Source: an uncultured Verrucomicrobiae bacterium
GTDB lineage: Bacteria; Verrucomicrobiota; Verrucomicrobiia; Chthoniobacterales; JAFAMB01
Length of the DNA stretch: 64,000 bases
Direction of reading: 5' to 3'
Assembly (NCBI GenBank): GCA_963762565.1
Contig: CAVXLD010000010.1
Location: forward strand, 32,001-96,000
In this document: in pieces, positions 30,301-39,529 of the stretch
How positions within the stretch are numbered: the stretch's first letter is position 1
How the letters are laid out: each line of letters starts with the position of its first letter
The notes under the pieces: model-generated
What the model was told of the DNA's origin: nothing
Database searches by the model: none
The model's input: the letters and a program-made list of their open reading frames with translations, nothing else
Translations under genes and position numbers: made by a program

Positions 30301-30779
30301 ACCGGGAACAGGTCAAGGTCGCCGGTTCAATCTCCAGTTTGGAAAAGAAATTTACTCGTAAAGATGGCAAACCGTTCGCCGTGATGTCGCTCGAGGATTT
30401 TACCGGCACCATCGAAGTGTTGGTCTGGGCGGACATATACGCCAGGTTCGGGAAAGAGCTCGAAGCAGGTAAGATCGTTGCGGTTTCCGCCAAGTTGGAA
30501 CGGCGCGACGAAACCGTCCGTTTGATCGCTTCGGAGATCGGCTCAGTCGCAAAAGGCAAAAAAGCTGGAGCGCTTACTATTGATATTTCCCTCGAGCGAA
30601 CCAATGAAGATAAGTTGTTAGCTTTACGGGAGTTAGTTATGAAGCATCCTGGACCGCAACCTCTATTTTTGCGCTTTCGAGGCCCCGAGGGCCAAGAATT
30701 GAGGGTGAAAACGAACACGGGCTATTCGGTCCGGGATGACGAGTCATTTAGGGAAGAGCTGGCGCAGCTATTGGGGTGA
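27360..30779 (+). CDS. dnaE: DNA polymerase III alpha subunit
   Basis: FVHLHLHTEYSLLDG, GRGSAAGS, PDIDVDF, YGFNKSH. Confidence 0.99.
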   Translation: MADSFVHLHLHTEYSLLDGAIRIPELMKKSIEYGMPAVAISDHGNMHGVIEFYQAAQKAGIKPIVGCEVYMAPGKREDRSANSARDASFHFNLLAKDFTGYSNLLKLVSEAYLTGFHYKPRIDKELLAAHSKGLIGLSSCLKGEISVAIQNGDLKKAEETAGIFRDIFGPGNFFLEMQDHGLEQQHLVNSQLKKMAAKLDLPLVATNDAHFLERSHHEAHDVMICIGTGAMVHDERRMRYPTEVYFKSPTEMAALFGDCPEALTNTLRIAEMCDLKLEFGVSKYPAYEPPIGKTRESYLRELCYDGLGRRFGERAETDKELRNRLDYELSVIEKTGFTSYFLIVWDFIHFAKSHGIPVGPGRGSAAGSLIAYALAITDLDPLRFGLIFERFLNPERVSPPDIDVDFCQNRRGEVIEYVRQKYGDRAVSQIITFGTLGAKSVVRDVGRVLGLSYSDADRIAKMIPNELGITLSSAYEKNPELKQAVDTEESTQQLWGLATLLEGLTRNTGIHAAGVVIGDKPLDEYIPLCRGNDDEVVTQYAMGPLTDLGMLKMDFLGLKTLTVLDDAAALIRQSDAQFSLENISLEDRSTFDLLNRGETIGVFQLESGGMTNLCKQFDVNAIGDIIALIALYRPGPMELIPDYIKRKKGLTKIKYEHPLLKEVCADTYGVMIYQEQVQRAANVLAGYTLGQADLLRRAMGKKDKEKMAKERGNFIAGCKRVNDIDEKKANSIFDLLEKFAGYGFNKSHSAAYGLISYQTAYLKANYPVEFMAGLLSNEVNNTDKISVFVAECQRMGMAILPPDINRSSLKFVPETTERGHGIRYGLAAIKNIGEASMVAAIKEREKAGPFKSLDDYCGRLDSRSVNRKSLESLIRAGAFDFTGQDRAQLFPQIDQALAAGAALQRDRMTGQVSLFGDLELAPAAKRNGRTTEFAPWSLSEKLAFEKELLGFYVTGHPLDAYRDLLEGGKYTAITDLGNREDREQVKVAGSISSLEKKFTRKDGKPFAVMSLEDFTGTIEVLVWADIYARFGKELEAGKIVAVSAKLERRDETVRLIASEIGSVAKGKKAGALTIDISLERTNEDKLLALRELVMKHPGPQPLFLRFRGPEGQELRVKTNTGYSVRDDESFREELAQLLG

Positions 30780-30850
30780 GGCGCGCTCCACGGTTCGCTC
30801 TTGCAAATGACGGTTTTCCCACTACTGTCAACATTCCCGTCGCCTGGACT

Positions 30851-31810
30851 ATGACGCCTTTTAACCGCGAAGTGAAGATTTTCTCTGGCTCGGCTCATCC
30901 GGAGCTCGCCCAGAAAATCGCGAAATCTATGGGTGCACCCCTCGGGGATGCCACGGTCAGCTCGTTTCCGGACGGGGAGAGCCGGGTAAAAATCAACGAG
31001 AATATTCGGGGTAGAGACGTCTTTATTGTTCAGCCGACTTGCCCCCCGACTAATCAAAATCTGATGGAGCTGCTCATCCTGATTGATGCGGCTCGCCGGG
31101 CCAGCGCTTACCGTATTACGGCGGTTATGCCGTACTTCGGTTACGCTCGTCAGGACCGGAAAGATCAACCCCGGGTTCCTATTACGGCGAAACTGGTAGC
31201 TAACCTGCTAGTGGCTGCCGGCGCTCACCGGGTGTTGACGCTCGATCTGCACGCCCAACAGATCCAAGGCTTTTTCGATATTCCGGTTGACCATTTATAC
31301 GCGGCGCCGGTCCTGATCCGGTACATCCTGCAAAAGAAGCTAGCTAACCTGGTGATTGTGTCTCCGGACGTTGGCGGTCTAAAGCTAGCTTCGGCCTACG
31401 CAGAGGCGTTGGGAGCCACGCTCGCCATTGTCGGCAAAAGACGCAAGAGCCCGACAGAGACTGAGGCGCTTCACGTGATTGGGGATGTAGAAGGCAAGAA
31501 TGTTTTAATGGTAGACGACTTGACCGAGACGGCAGGGACCTTGACCAGTGCGGCAGCCGCTCTCAAGAAACATGGGGCTCAAGATATTTATGCCGGGGTT
31601 TCGCATGCGGTCTTTACCGACATCGCCCATGAACGCCTCCGGAAATCCACAATTTTGGAACTGATCACGACCGATAGCACCCCAGTTCGGCTGCACCCGG
31701 ACAGCAAGATCACAGTGTTATCGATCGCAGAGCTACTGGGACAAGGTATCCAGCGAATTTATTCTAATGAGTCGGTGAGTTCACTCTTCGACGTCCAGAC
31801 GGAACAGTGA
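30851..31810 (+). CDS. prs: Ribose-phosphate pyrophosphokinase
   Basis: FPDGE, PYFGYARQDRK, VSPDVGG, VDDLTETAGT. Confidence 0.98.
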   Translation: MTPFNREVKIFSGSAHPELAQKIAKSMGAPLGDATVSSFPDGESRVKINENIRGRDVFIVQPTCPPTNQNLMELLILIDAARRASAYRITAVMPYFGYARQDRKDQPRVPITAKLVANLLVAAGAHRVLTLDLHAQQIQGFFDIPVDHLYAAPVLIRYILQKKLANLVIVSPDVGGLKLASAYAEALGATLAIVGKRRKSPTETEALHVIGDVEGKNVLMVDDLTETAGTLTSAAAALKKHGAQDIYAGVSHAVFTDIAHERLRKSTILELITTDSTPVRLHPDSKITVLSIAELLGQGIQRIYSNESVSSLFDVQTEQ

Positions 31811-31820
31811 GGTTACATCT

Positions 31821-32492
31821 ATGGCGCAACAAGCTAAATTGACGGTGCAAACGCGGGCAGTAATAGGCCGCAATGCGATAAAGAAGGTTCGAAAGCAAGG
31901 CCTGATTCCCGGCGTTATTTACGGAGTGGGACAAGAGCCGATCAATCTCGAGGTTAACAGTCGTCAGCTGTCCACGGTGCTGGCACGTTCTTCAAGCGAG
32001 AACATCCTGCTCGAGTTGGAGATTGTCGACGGGGACAATAAACGTAACTCGCTGGCGATGATTCAGGAAGTCCAACATCATCCGCTGCAGCGCCAGATTT
32101 TACACGTCGATTTTCACGCGGTTTCAGCCACCGAGAAAATCACAGCGGAAGTACCGATTGAGACAATCGGCGAGCCGATCGGCGTTAAGACTGGCGGCGG
32201 GCTGTTGGAACATATCTTGCGCGACCTGGAGGTCGAATGTCTGCCGGGTGATTTGCCGGACCGGATTCAAGTGGACGTATCCAGCCTCGATCTCAATCAA
32301 TCCATCCACGTGAAAGATCTTAAGCTCCCGGCCGGGGTTGAAGCGGTTACGGACGCTGATCTGACGGTCGTAGCGGTCAGCACGGCTCGAGTTGAGGAAG
32401 AGCCGACCGAAGCGCTTGGAGCTGTCCCGGCTGCACCTGAAGTGATCACGGCCAAGAAGCCTGAAGAGGGCTCCGCGCCGGCAGCGTCTTAA
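31821..32492 (+). CDS. rplY: 50S ribosomal protein L25/Ctc
   Basis: IPGVIYG, Q.HP...ILHVDF. Confidence 0.97.
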   Translation: MAQQAKLTVQTRAVIGRNAIKKVRKQGLIPGVIYGVGQEPINLEVNSRQLSTVLARSSSENILLELEIVDGDNKRNSLAMIQEVQHHPLQRQILHVDFHAVSATEKITAEVPIETIGEPIGVKTGGGLLEHILRDLEVECLPGDLPDRIQVDVSSLDLNQSIHVKDLKLPAGVEAVTDADLTVVAVSTARVEEEPTEALGAVPAAPEVITAKKPEEGSAPAAS

Positions 32493-32504
32493 TTCGTTTC
32501 GGCG

Positions 32505-33068
32505 ATGGCGCACTTGCGGCTGTTAGCCGGGCTCGGTAATCCTGGACCAGAATACAACGTCACGCGCCACAACGTTGGGTTCATGGTCCTCGATCGTTTG
32601 GCGCAACAGGAAGGCCTGGCTTTCGGAGCCGCATCGAAATGGGATTGCCTCTGGACTCGCTGGAACGAGGTAATCCTGATGAAGCCGATGACCTACATGA
32701 ATCGCAGCGGCGATTCTGTGGCCGGCGTACTCCGCTATTTCCGAATCGAGCCCAGCGAACTGCTCGCGGTGGTTGATGATGTCGCCTTGCCCCTGGGCAG
32801 GTTGCGGTTACGTTCTTCCGGGAGCGACGGCGGTCACAATGGGCTGGGATCGATCATCGCTCATGTGGGAGAAGACTTTCCGCGCTTGCGGCTGGGGGTT
32901 GGCGCTGCGACAGATAGCGCCGATTTAGTGGATCACGTTCTGGGGCCTTTCTCCAAAACAGAATTGGCGGTAATAAGCCAATCTGTGGAGAGAGCAACGG
33001 ATGCGATCCGCAAGGCGGTTGAGGCCGGATTAGAAACAGCAATGAATATATTCAACCGCGCAGAATGA
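32505..33068 (+). CDS. pth: Peptidyl-tRNA hydrolase
   Basis: GLGNPG..Y..TRHNVGF, KPMTYMNRSG, GGHNGL. Confidence 0.98.
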   Translation: MAHLRLLAGLGNPGPEYNVTRHNVGFMVLDRLAQQEGLAFGAASKWDCLWTRWNEVILMKPMTYMNRSGDSVAGVLRYFRIEPSELLAVVDDVALPLGRLRLRSSGSDGGHNGLGSIIAHVGEDFPRLRLGVGAATDSADLVDHVLGPFSKTELAVISQSVERATDAIRKAVEAGLETAMNIFNRAE

Positions 33069-33081
33069 TATTGCATACATT

Positions 33082-33399
33082 ATGAAAAACCGTTATGAGT
33101 GTCTAATGGCATTGGATACCAGGGGCCAGGAAGATAGTGTGAAAGAGATCATCGAACGTCTTGAGGCCGAGTTCGCCAAAGAAGGGGCAACTATCGAGCA
33201 GGTCCAAAAGATGGATAAACGCCAGCTCGCTTATGCGCCGGGTAATGTGGAGTCTGCTTACTACGTAAACTTCGTCTTTGAAGCAGAACCGAGCCTGATC
33301 ACTAAGCTTCGCGGAAAATTCAAGCTCGATCCCATGGTCTTTTTGCAACATTATCAGCAATTGCCGGTGAAAAACCCAACGCCGGCCCGCAAAGAATAG
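33082..33399 (+). CDS. rpsF: 30S ribosomal protein S6
   Basis: RYE, KRQLAY, YYVNF; sits before ssb. Confidence 0.92.
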   Translation: MKNRYECLMALDTRGQEDSVKEIIERLEAEFAKEGATIEQVQKMDKRQLAYAPGNVESAYYVNFVFEAEPSLITKLRGKFKLDPMVFLQHYQQLPVKNPTPARKE

Positions 33400-33409
33400 G
33401 ATCAATGTT

Positions 33410-33871
33410 ATGGCCAATCTGAACCGCGTTCTACTGATCGGTAATCTGACCCGGGACCCGGATGTCCGGTATACTCCGAAAGGAACGGCGGTTGCGGATA
33501 TTGGCTTGGCCATAAACCGGGTTTTCACGGGCGAGGACGGGGAAAAACGGGAAGAAGTCACCTACGTCGATGTGGTTCTCTGGAGCCGCCTCGCCGAGAT
33601 CGCCGAACAATACTTGAAAAAAGGGCGCCCAGTCTTCATCGAGGGACGCCTGCAACTGGATTCTTGGGATGATAAGCAGACCGGGCAGAAACGGTCACGC
33701 TTGCGGGTCGTGGCTGAGAACCTGCAGCTTCTCGGATCTCGAGGTGAAGGTGAAGCTGGCGGGACGGGCGTTGCACCCGCGCCTCGTCGTTCAGCCCCAG
33801 CTCCAGCGCCAAAACCGAACCCTCCGCGGGACCCGGACTTGGACGCCGAGCCGGACGACATCCCGTTTTGA
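33410..33871 (+). CDS. ssb: Single-stranded DNA-binding protein
   Basis: NRVLLIGNLTRDP ... DDIPF. Confidence 0.98.
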   Translation: MANLNRVLLIGNLTRDPDVRYTPKGTAVADIGLAINRVFTGEDGEKREEVTYVDVVLWSRLAEIAEQYLKKGRPVFIEGRLQLDSWDDKQTGQKRSRLRVVAENLQLLGSRGEGEAGGTGVAPAPRRSAPAPAPKPNPPRDPDLDAEPDDIPF

Positions 33872-33931
33872 GCGGTCGGAACCGTGGAGCGCTGCCTCGC
33901 TTGCGAGGCCGGGAACGGTAGGGCGAAAGTC

Positions 33932-34138
33932 TGGTGGGGCTCCCGAAGAACCCAACGCTATCGCGGAGCTGCGGTTTGACTCCGGCCGAACGGCAACCGT
34001 TATGCCGTCGATCGTGCCGAGCCGTGGTCTATCGCTGGGCCGCGGCTCGGCACGTTCACAGGCCCCGCTCACCATTTGGCTAGGGTTTGCGCATTTCGTT
34101 GCTGAATCGCTGGGTCTTTCGGGAGCCTCGCCCCACCA
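33932..34138. repeat. Split-REP doublet, copy A
   Basis: GGCTCC-72nt-GCCGAGCC ... GGCTCGGC-70nt-GGAGCCTCGCCCCACCA. Confidence 0.85.
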
Positions 34139-34208
34139 AATTATTCGCCCTACCGATCAGGGGCCTCGTCCCGCGGCCACGGCGAGGCAGCGCTCCACGG
34201 CTTGCGCT

Positions 34209-34667
34209 TCAAGACGTTCCTACACTCCCGTACACATTGGGATTGTGACGCTGCATGAAGCGGTCGGGCTGAGCCAGTCCCGTAAAACCGAATCTTTGAT
34301 AAAGCTCATGCGCATCTGCTGTGGCAAGCATCCAGCGGCGTAAGCCTTGCAGATCCGGATGGGCAAGTATCGCTTCCATTAGACGTTTCGACAGACCTTT
34401 GCCACGGTGTTCCGGCAGGATGAAAACGTCGGCCAGGTAGGCAAAAGTAGCGCGATCCGTTGTCGCTCTCGCAAAGCCGACTTGGAGCCAATCTGCTTGC
34501 GCCGTGGGATTCGCCACAGCATACGCACCGAAGCAGAGCGAATTGGCAATCGAACGGGCCACGACATCTCGCGGAATACCCCGGGCCCAATAGCTGTGCT
34601 CAGAAAGGAATTTGTGGATGAGATCCAGGTCGAGCTTAGTTGGATCCGCGCTGATCAAGTATTCCAT
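34209..34667 (-). CDS. GNAT N-acetyltransferase
   Basis: QVGFAR, AYLADVF..HRGKGL, LYQRFGF. Confidence 0.93.
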   Translation of the reverse strand: MEYLISADPTKLDLDLIHKFLSEHSYWARGIPRDVVARSIANSLCFGAYAVANPTAQADWLQVGFARATTDRATFAYLADVFILPEHRGKGLSKRLMEAILAHPDLQGLRRWMLATADAHELYQRFGFTGLAQPDRFMQRHNPNVYGSVGTS

Positions 34668-35497
34668 AGCGTAGCCGCATCAATCAGTTCCTCGGTAAGC
34701 TTGGCCAGCTGGCCCCTGACTTCTAGGTCGTAGGCTTGAGCATTCGCCTTCGCTTCCTTGAGTCCATCAAAATACTTACCGGTGACACCATCTAGAGCTG
34801 GGTCCACCACTAGTCGCATCGTCGCCTCCAACCCCTCTTCTACAGTGCTCATTATGCTCCACCCCGCTTCCAAAACCATCTTGGTCGGCATCAAGGACGC
34901 CGGGTGCAAAGCATTGACGGTCACCCCGGCATTCGCTAGCTGAGCCGCAAGATCAAAAGTCCAGGCGATCATTGCCAGCTTGCTCTGCCGATAGGCCGTG
35001 ACTCCGGAGTAACCGTGCTCCGACATGATATCCTCGAAATTCAAAGGGGCTTGTCCGACGGAAGCGACGTTCACGATACGGGCTGGCCCAGAAGCTTCGA
35101 GCTTGGGGAGCACTCCCTTAACTAAGAGATAGGGGGCAAGGTAATTGACCGCAAAACGCAGTTCGTAGCCATCTTGGCTCATTTCTCTTTTGGAAGAGTC
35201 TTTACCAAAGCCAACGCCGGCATTGTTGATCAGAATGTCCAGACGTTCTTGTTCAGCAGCAACCCGTCGAGCCAGCTCAGAAGTCTGTTGTAACGACGCC
35301 AGGTCGGCGCAATAGAATTGCAGCTTTTCGTTGCCAGTTTCCTGCCTGATTTCATCAAGGATTGCTTTTCCGCGCTTGTTATCTCGCCCGTGAAGGAGCA
35401 CCGTCGCCCCTTTTTCGGCCAAAGCCTGCGCTAATCCCAGTCCCAATCCACTCGTAGCACCGGTAATAAGAATCGTCTGTTCCGCGAACGGTCTCAT
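34655..35497 (-). CDS. SDR family oxidoreductase
   Basis: TGATSGLG, NNAG, YRQSK. Confidence 0.95.
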   Translation of the reverse strand: MRPFAEQTILITGATSGLGLGLAQALAEKGATVLLHGRDNKRGKAILDEIRQETGNEKLQFYCADLASLQQTSELARRVAAEQERLDILINNAGVGFGKDSSKREMSQDGYELRFAVNYLAPYLLVKGVLPKLEASGPARIVNVASVGQAPLNFEDIMSEHGYSGVTAYRQSKLAMIAWTFDLAAQLANAGVTVNALHPASLMPTKMVLEAGWSIMSTVEEGLEATMRLVVDPALDGVTGKYFDGLKEAKANAQAYDLEVRGQLAKLTEELIDAATLWNT

Positions 35498-35579
35498 AAA
35501 CAAAGAATACAACGCTAGCCTGCGCTCCGGGCAAATGCATCAGGGCATTTGCCCGTAGCGCAAGGCTATGGCCGTAAGT

Positions 35580-36194
35580 TCAGGGGATACTCGATCTTTT
35601 CCACGGGATCGCGCAAGCAGCCGTGATCAAGGGTCCGTTCCAAGTCTTGATCACTTGAGTCTCGTTCTCGTAACCCAAAATGGAGAGCGTGCTCGTACCA
35701 AGCAGGAAACGACTGCCATGATCTGCGGAAAGACCGATCCAACGAGATACAAGCACCCTGAGGAAATGGCCGTGGGAGAAGATTGCAACGTTGCCTTCGA
35801 TCGATCGAAGCTTTGCTACAACCTGATCGGCACGTTGGGATAGCTCGTCGATCGTTTCTCCGTTGGGAAACGGGTGCGTCCAGACGCTCCAGCCCGGTAC
35901 GCGCTCTCGAATCTGGTTTGTGGTCAGCCCTTCGTAGTCGCCGTAATCCCACTCCAACAGTTCTTTGTCCACTTCCACGCGGGAGCTTAGTCCAGCAAGC
36001 TTCGCGGTTTCCAACGCGCGCTGGAGCGGGCTGCTAAGAATACGCGCGAACTTTACGTCATCGAAAATCGGCAAAAGGAATCCAGCCTGCTCGCGCCCCG
36101 CATCTGTAAGAGGAATATCAGTGAGCCCGGTATGCCGCCCACTCTTTGCCCATTCGGTTTCACCGTGGCGAATTAAATAGATGGTTGAGTTCAC
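35580..36194 (-). CDS. Histidine phosphatase (phosphoglycerate mutase family)
   Basis: RHGETEW, SSPLQRA, FSHGH. Confidence 0.95.
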   Translation of the reverse strand: MNSTIYLIRHGETEWAKSGRHTGLTDIPLTDAGREQAGFLLPIFDDVKFARILSSPLQRALETAKLAGLSSRVEVDKELLEWDYGDYEGLTTNQIRERVPGWSVWTHPFPNGETIDELSQRADQVVAKLRSIEGNVAIFSHGHFLRVLVSRWIGLSADHGSRFLLGTSTLSILGYENETQVIKTWNGPLITAACAIPWKRSSIP

Positions 36195-36394
36195 GGTTGG
36201 CGGGTAGCGGTTTACAGTTAGCAGTCGGCGCTTCGCCGCTGCAACACATAAGTCTCATGAGTCTCATTCGAGGCAAGCGTCCCTGGTGTACTAGCCCCTA
36301 GACCCTCCCAGCTGCTAACCGCTAACTGCAAACCCGGATCGCGAGGACGCGATCCCTCCCTGCGAGGGGCCTGCATCATGTAAACTGTAAACTG

Positions 36395-39300
36395 CTAACC
36401 GTGAACTCCGTGAGGCTCCAGCTCATGCTTCGGACGAATTTTTGCGTAGAGCATGGAGGTCCACTCCTGGATCCCTTCGAGATAGAGATACAGTGCGGGA
36501 GTCACATAGAGCGTGATTAATTGGGAGACGATCAGACCGCCAACCAAGATAAGACCGAGGGGGCGGCGAGATTCAGCGTCGGCACCGAAACCGACCGCGA
36601 TGGGAATCGCTCCCATCAATGCGGCCAGAGTCGTCATAATGATCGGGCGAAATCGTTCAACACTCGCCTCATGAACGGCCTCGACTGGCGTTTTGCCGGC
36701 TTTACGCTGTTCGACCGCAAAGTCGACCATCATAATCCCATTCTTTTTCACGATACCGATCAGCATGAACATGCCGATATAGGAATAAAGTGAGAGCTCG
36801 GAGTGGAACAATAGCAGTGTGAATAGTCCGCCGACTGCCGCCACCGGAAGCGAAGATAGGACGGTAATGGGATGGAACCAGCTTTCATAGAGGATCCCGA
36901 GGATGACGTACATGATGAAGACGGCGACAAACAGCAACACTCCTAACTGCGAGAATGTTTCGCTAAACGTTTCCGCCTCACCTTGAAGTTCGCCACGAAT
37001 CGTCGGCGGCAGCACTTCCTTAGCAGTTCGTTCAATGAATTCGGTTGCATCGCCGGTAGCGGATCCCGGTTTCAAATTGAAGTAGAGAGTGACAGCGGGA
37101 AACTGATTGATGTGATTCACCGACAGCCTGCCAGTTGAAGCTTGAGAGTCCGTGACGGTCTGATTTGGAATAATCTGGCTAGTTCCAGAAGGCTTGAAAT
37201 AGAGGCGATTAATGTCGTTGGGATCGCTACGCTGTTGATCTTCAGCCTCAACGATCACCTTATACTGATCCACCGGCGTTTTGATCAGATACGTGTAGTT
37301 CTGCGAATAAGCGTTCTTGAGCAGCTGCTCAACGTTCAAGTTATTTAATCCGTACGACTGCAATTGCAGCTCATTCAAATCCACGCCAAGGACTGGCGTA
37401 TTGAAATAGTCAGAAGAAACCGTGGCAAACCCGGGGTATTGCCGGCATTTCGCCATCATCTCCATCGCGGACTGGTAGACCTGCTGCGCATCAACGCCGG
37501 AAATGGCGAAGGCGTACTGCCCCTGATTGTTCTTGGTGGCGCCGGTACTGATCTGCAGGACCGGGTCCGGCCGCATCAATGGAATAATACCGGGAATCTG
37601 AGCAAGCGCTCGCGAGAGCTCACTCACGACTTTCGTGATCGGCGGACGCTGGCTGGGATCTTTCAGAAAAGCCAGGGCCAACATTTGGTTGGAAGGCAGC
37701 CCTTGGGAAAATCCAGCTAAGGTAAAAGATTCATTGACCGCCGGATTACCTCTGAGGACGACATCAACCTGTTTTTGCAGCTGTTTGATCCGGTCGGGAG
37801 AAATGCCTTCCTGACAAACAAGAATGCCGCGGATAAACGAGCTGTCACCGGCAGGGATAAACGTCTTCGGCAGCAACCCGAAAACCCAAATGGTCAGAGC
37901 AAAGCAACCAACCCAGGTAACGGCTGAAATCCAACGGTGACGGAGAAAGAAGTACAAACTGCGGCCATAGAGCGCGGTAATCCGCTTGAACAAATGTCCA
38001 ACGGTTCGTTCCATCCAAGTTCTTTCGTCATGGCCTCGCGGCCCTAAAACCCGCGAGCACATCATTGGGGTCAACGTGACGGAAACGATCCCGGAGGCGA
38101 AGATGGCTACGATGATGGTTACAGAGAATTCACGGAAGATTCGCCCGATGATACCGGTCACCATCACCAGGGGCAGAAAGACTACCGCCAACGAAACCGT
38201 CATCGCCACAATAGTAAAAGTGATCTGGCGGGCGCTATTCATTGCCGCCTGCATCGGGTTTTGACCTGACTCCATGAGCCGCACCGTGTTTTCGAGAAAG
38301 ACGATGGCGTCATCCACTAGGAACCCGATGGACAACGTCAGCGCCATCAACGTCAAATTGTTGAGGCTGAAATTCAGCATCCCCATGACCAGGAATGTGA
38401 TCAGCATCGATAGGGGTAAGGCCACAACCGGAATCAGAGTGTCAGTAGCCCGGCCAAGGAAGGCGAAGATAACGATAACCACTAAGGCAAAGGCTATCAG
38501 CAAGGTATGTTCGACCTCGTCAGTATTCGTGACGATGGTTTTGGAGCGATCATAGAGCGGGATCATCTGAACGGACCCCGGTATCTGCGCTCGAAAAAAA
38601 GGCAGTAAGTCTTTGATTTTTTGAGCGACTTCCACCGCGTTGGCGCCGGCTTGACGATAGATCGCCAATACTACTTCCGCGGGCGCCTCTCCGTAATCTC
38701 GAGCCCAGAAATTTCGGCTGATGCGTTCATCCTCAACGGTTTTAACTACCTTCGCGACATCCTTCAGATAAACCGGTTGGCCATTCGGCCGCGCGATGAT
38801 CACATTCTCATACTGTTGAGGAGTCGTTAGCTGCCCGTTTGCATAGAGAAGATAGGTACGATCTTTGCCGTCAAATTGCCCGGCCCCCAAGTAAGCAGTG
38901 CTTTGGTTCACCGCGTTCGTCACGTCGGTCATGGTGAGGCCAAGCGAGGAAAGTTTGTTAACTTGAACCTTGATGCGAATCGCCGTCCTGGCGCCATAAA
39001 CCTGGACCTGACTAACTCCGTTTAGGATGGCGATCTGCTGACCTAGATTAGTATTGCCATAGTCGAATAGGTCGCCCTCCCTCATCGTATCGCTAACCAG
39101 GGCGATATAAAAAATTGCCTGGTCGTTCGGATTGGTTTTTGTGAACGAAGGAGGCTGGGGCAAGTCGGTCGGTAAATAGCCTGCGGCCCTCGAGATCGCG
39201 GCCTGTACGTCGGTCGCGGCGTCTCCTAAACTTTTGTCCAGCGAGAACTGCAATACCAGAGTCGATTGTCCGGTTTGATTGGTCGATGTCACCAGATCCA

Positions 39301-39529
39301 AACCCGGGATTTGCAGGAATTGCTTCTCCAGCGGAGTCGCGCAGGTATTCGCCATCGTTTCCGGGCTGGCGCCGGGATAAGTGACGCTAACCTGAATGAC
39401 CGGGTAATCGACCGCGGGCAGATCGTTCACCGCCAATCCCCGAAAAACCTGGATCCCGAAAGCGGTGACGGTGATCGTCAACAGTAGCGTCATGATCGGA
39501 CGCCGAATAAAGAGCGCCGAAAAGTTCAT
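36395..39529 (-). CDS. RND efflux permease (MdtB/C-like)
   Basis: 1044 aa; FIRRP, GFLVDDAIV, GIVKKNGIMMVD, RFRPIIMTT. Confidence 0.96.
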   Translation of the reverse strand: MNFSALFIRRPIMTLLLTITVTAFGIQVFRGLAVNDLPAVDYPVIQVSVTYPGASPETMANTCATPLEKQFLQIPGLDLVTSTNQTGQSTLVLQFSLDKSLGDAATDVQAAISRAAGYLPTDLPQPPSFTKTNPNDQAIFYIALVSDTMREGDLFDYGNTNLGQQIAILNGVSQVQVYGARTAIRIKVQVNKLSSLGLTMTDVTNAVNQSTAYLGAGQFDGKDRTYLLYANGQLTTPQQYENVIIARPNGQPVYLKDVAKVVKTVEDERISRNFWARDYGEAPAEVVLAIYRQAGANAVEVAQKIKDLLPFFRAQIPGSVQMIPLYDRSKTIVTNTDEVEHTLLIAFALVVIVIFAFLGRATDTLIPVVALPLSMLITFLVMGMLNFSLNNLTLMALTLSIGFLVDDAIVFLENTVRLMESGQNPMQAAMNSARQITFTIVAMTVSLAVVFLPLVMVTGIIGRIFREFSVTIIVAIFASGIVSVTLTPMMCSRVLGPRGHDERTWMERTVGHLFKRITALYGRSLYFFLRHRWISAVTWVGCFALTIWVFGLLPKTFIPAGDSSFIRGILVCQEGISPDRIKQLQKQVDVVLRGNPAVNESFTLAGFSQGLPSNQMLALAFLKDPSQRPPITKVVSELSRALAQIPGIIPLMRPDPVLQISTGATKNNQGQYAFAISGVDAQQVYQSAMEMMAKCRQYPGFATVSSDYFNTPVLGVDLNELQLQSYGLNNLNVEQLLKNAYSQNYTYLIKTPVDQYKVIVEAEDQQRSDPNDINRLYFKPSGTSQIIPNQTVTDSQASTGRLSVNHINQFPAVTLYFNLKPGSATGDATEFIERTAKEVLPPTIRGELQGEAETFSETFSQLGVLLFVAVFIMYVILGILYESWFHPITVLSSLPVAAVGGLFTLLLFHSELSLYSYIGMFMLIGIVKKNGIMMVDFAVEQRKAGKTPVEAVHEASVERFRPIIMTTLAALMGAIPIAVGFGADAESRRPLGLILVGGLIVSQLITLYVTPALYLYLEGIQEWTSMLYAKIRPKHELEPHGVHG

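Noticed and set aside
33872..33930. Absence of rpsR/rplI after rpsF-ssb
   Set aside because: Operon splitting is common and cannot be evaluated from one window.
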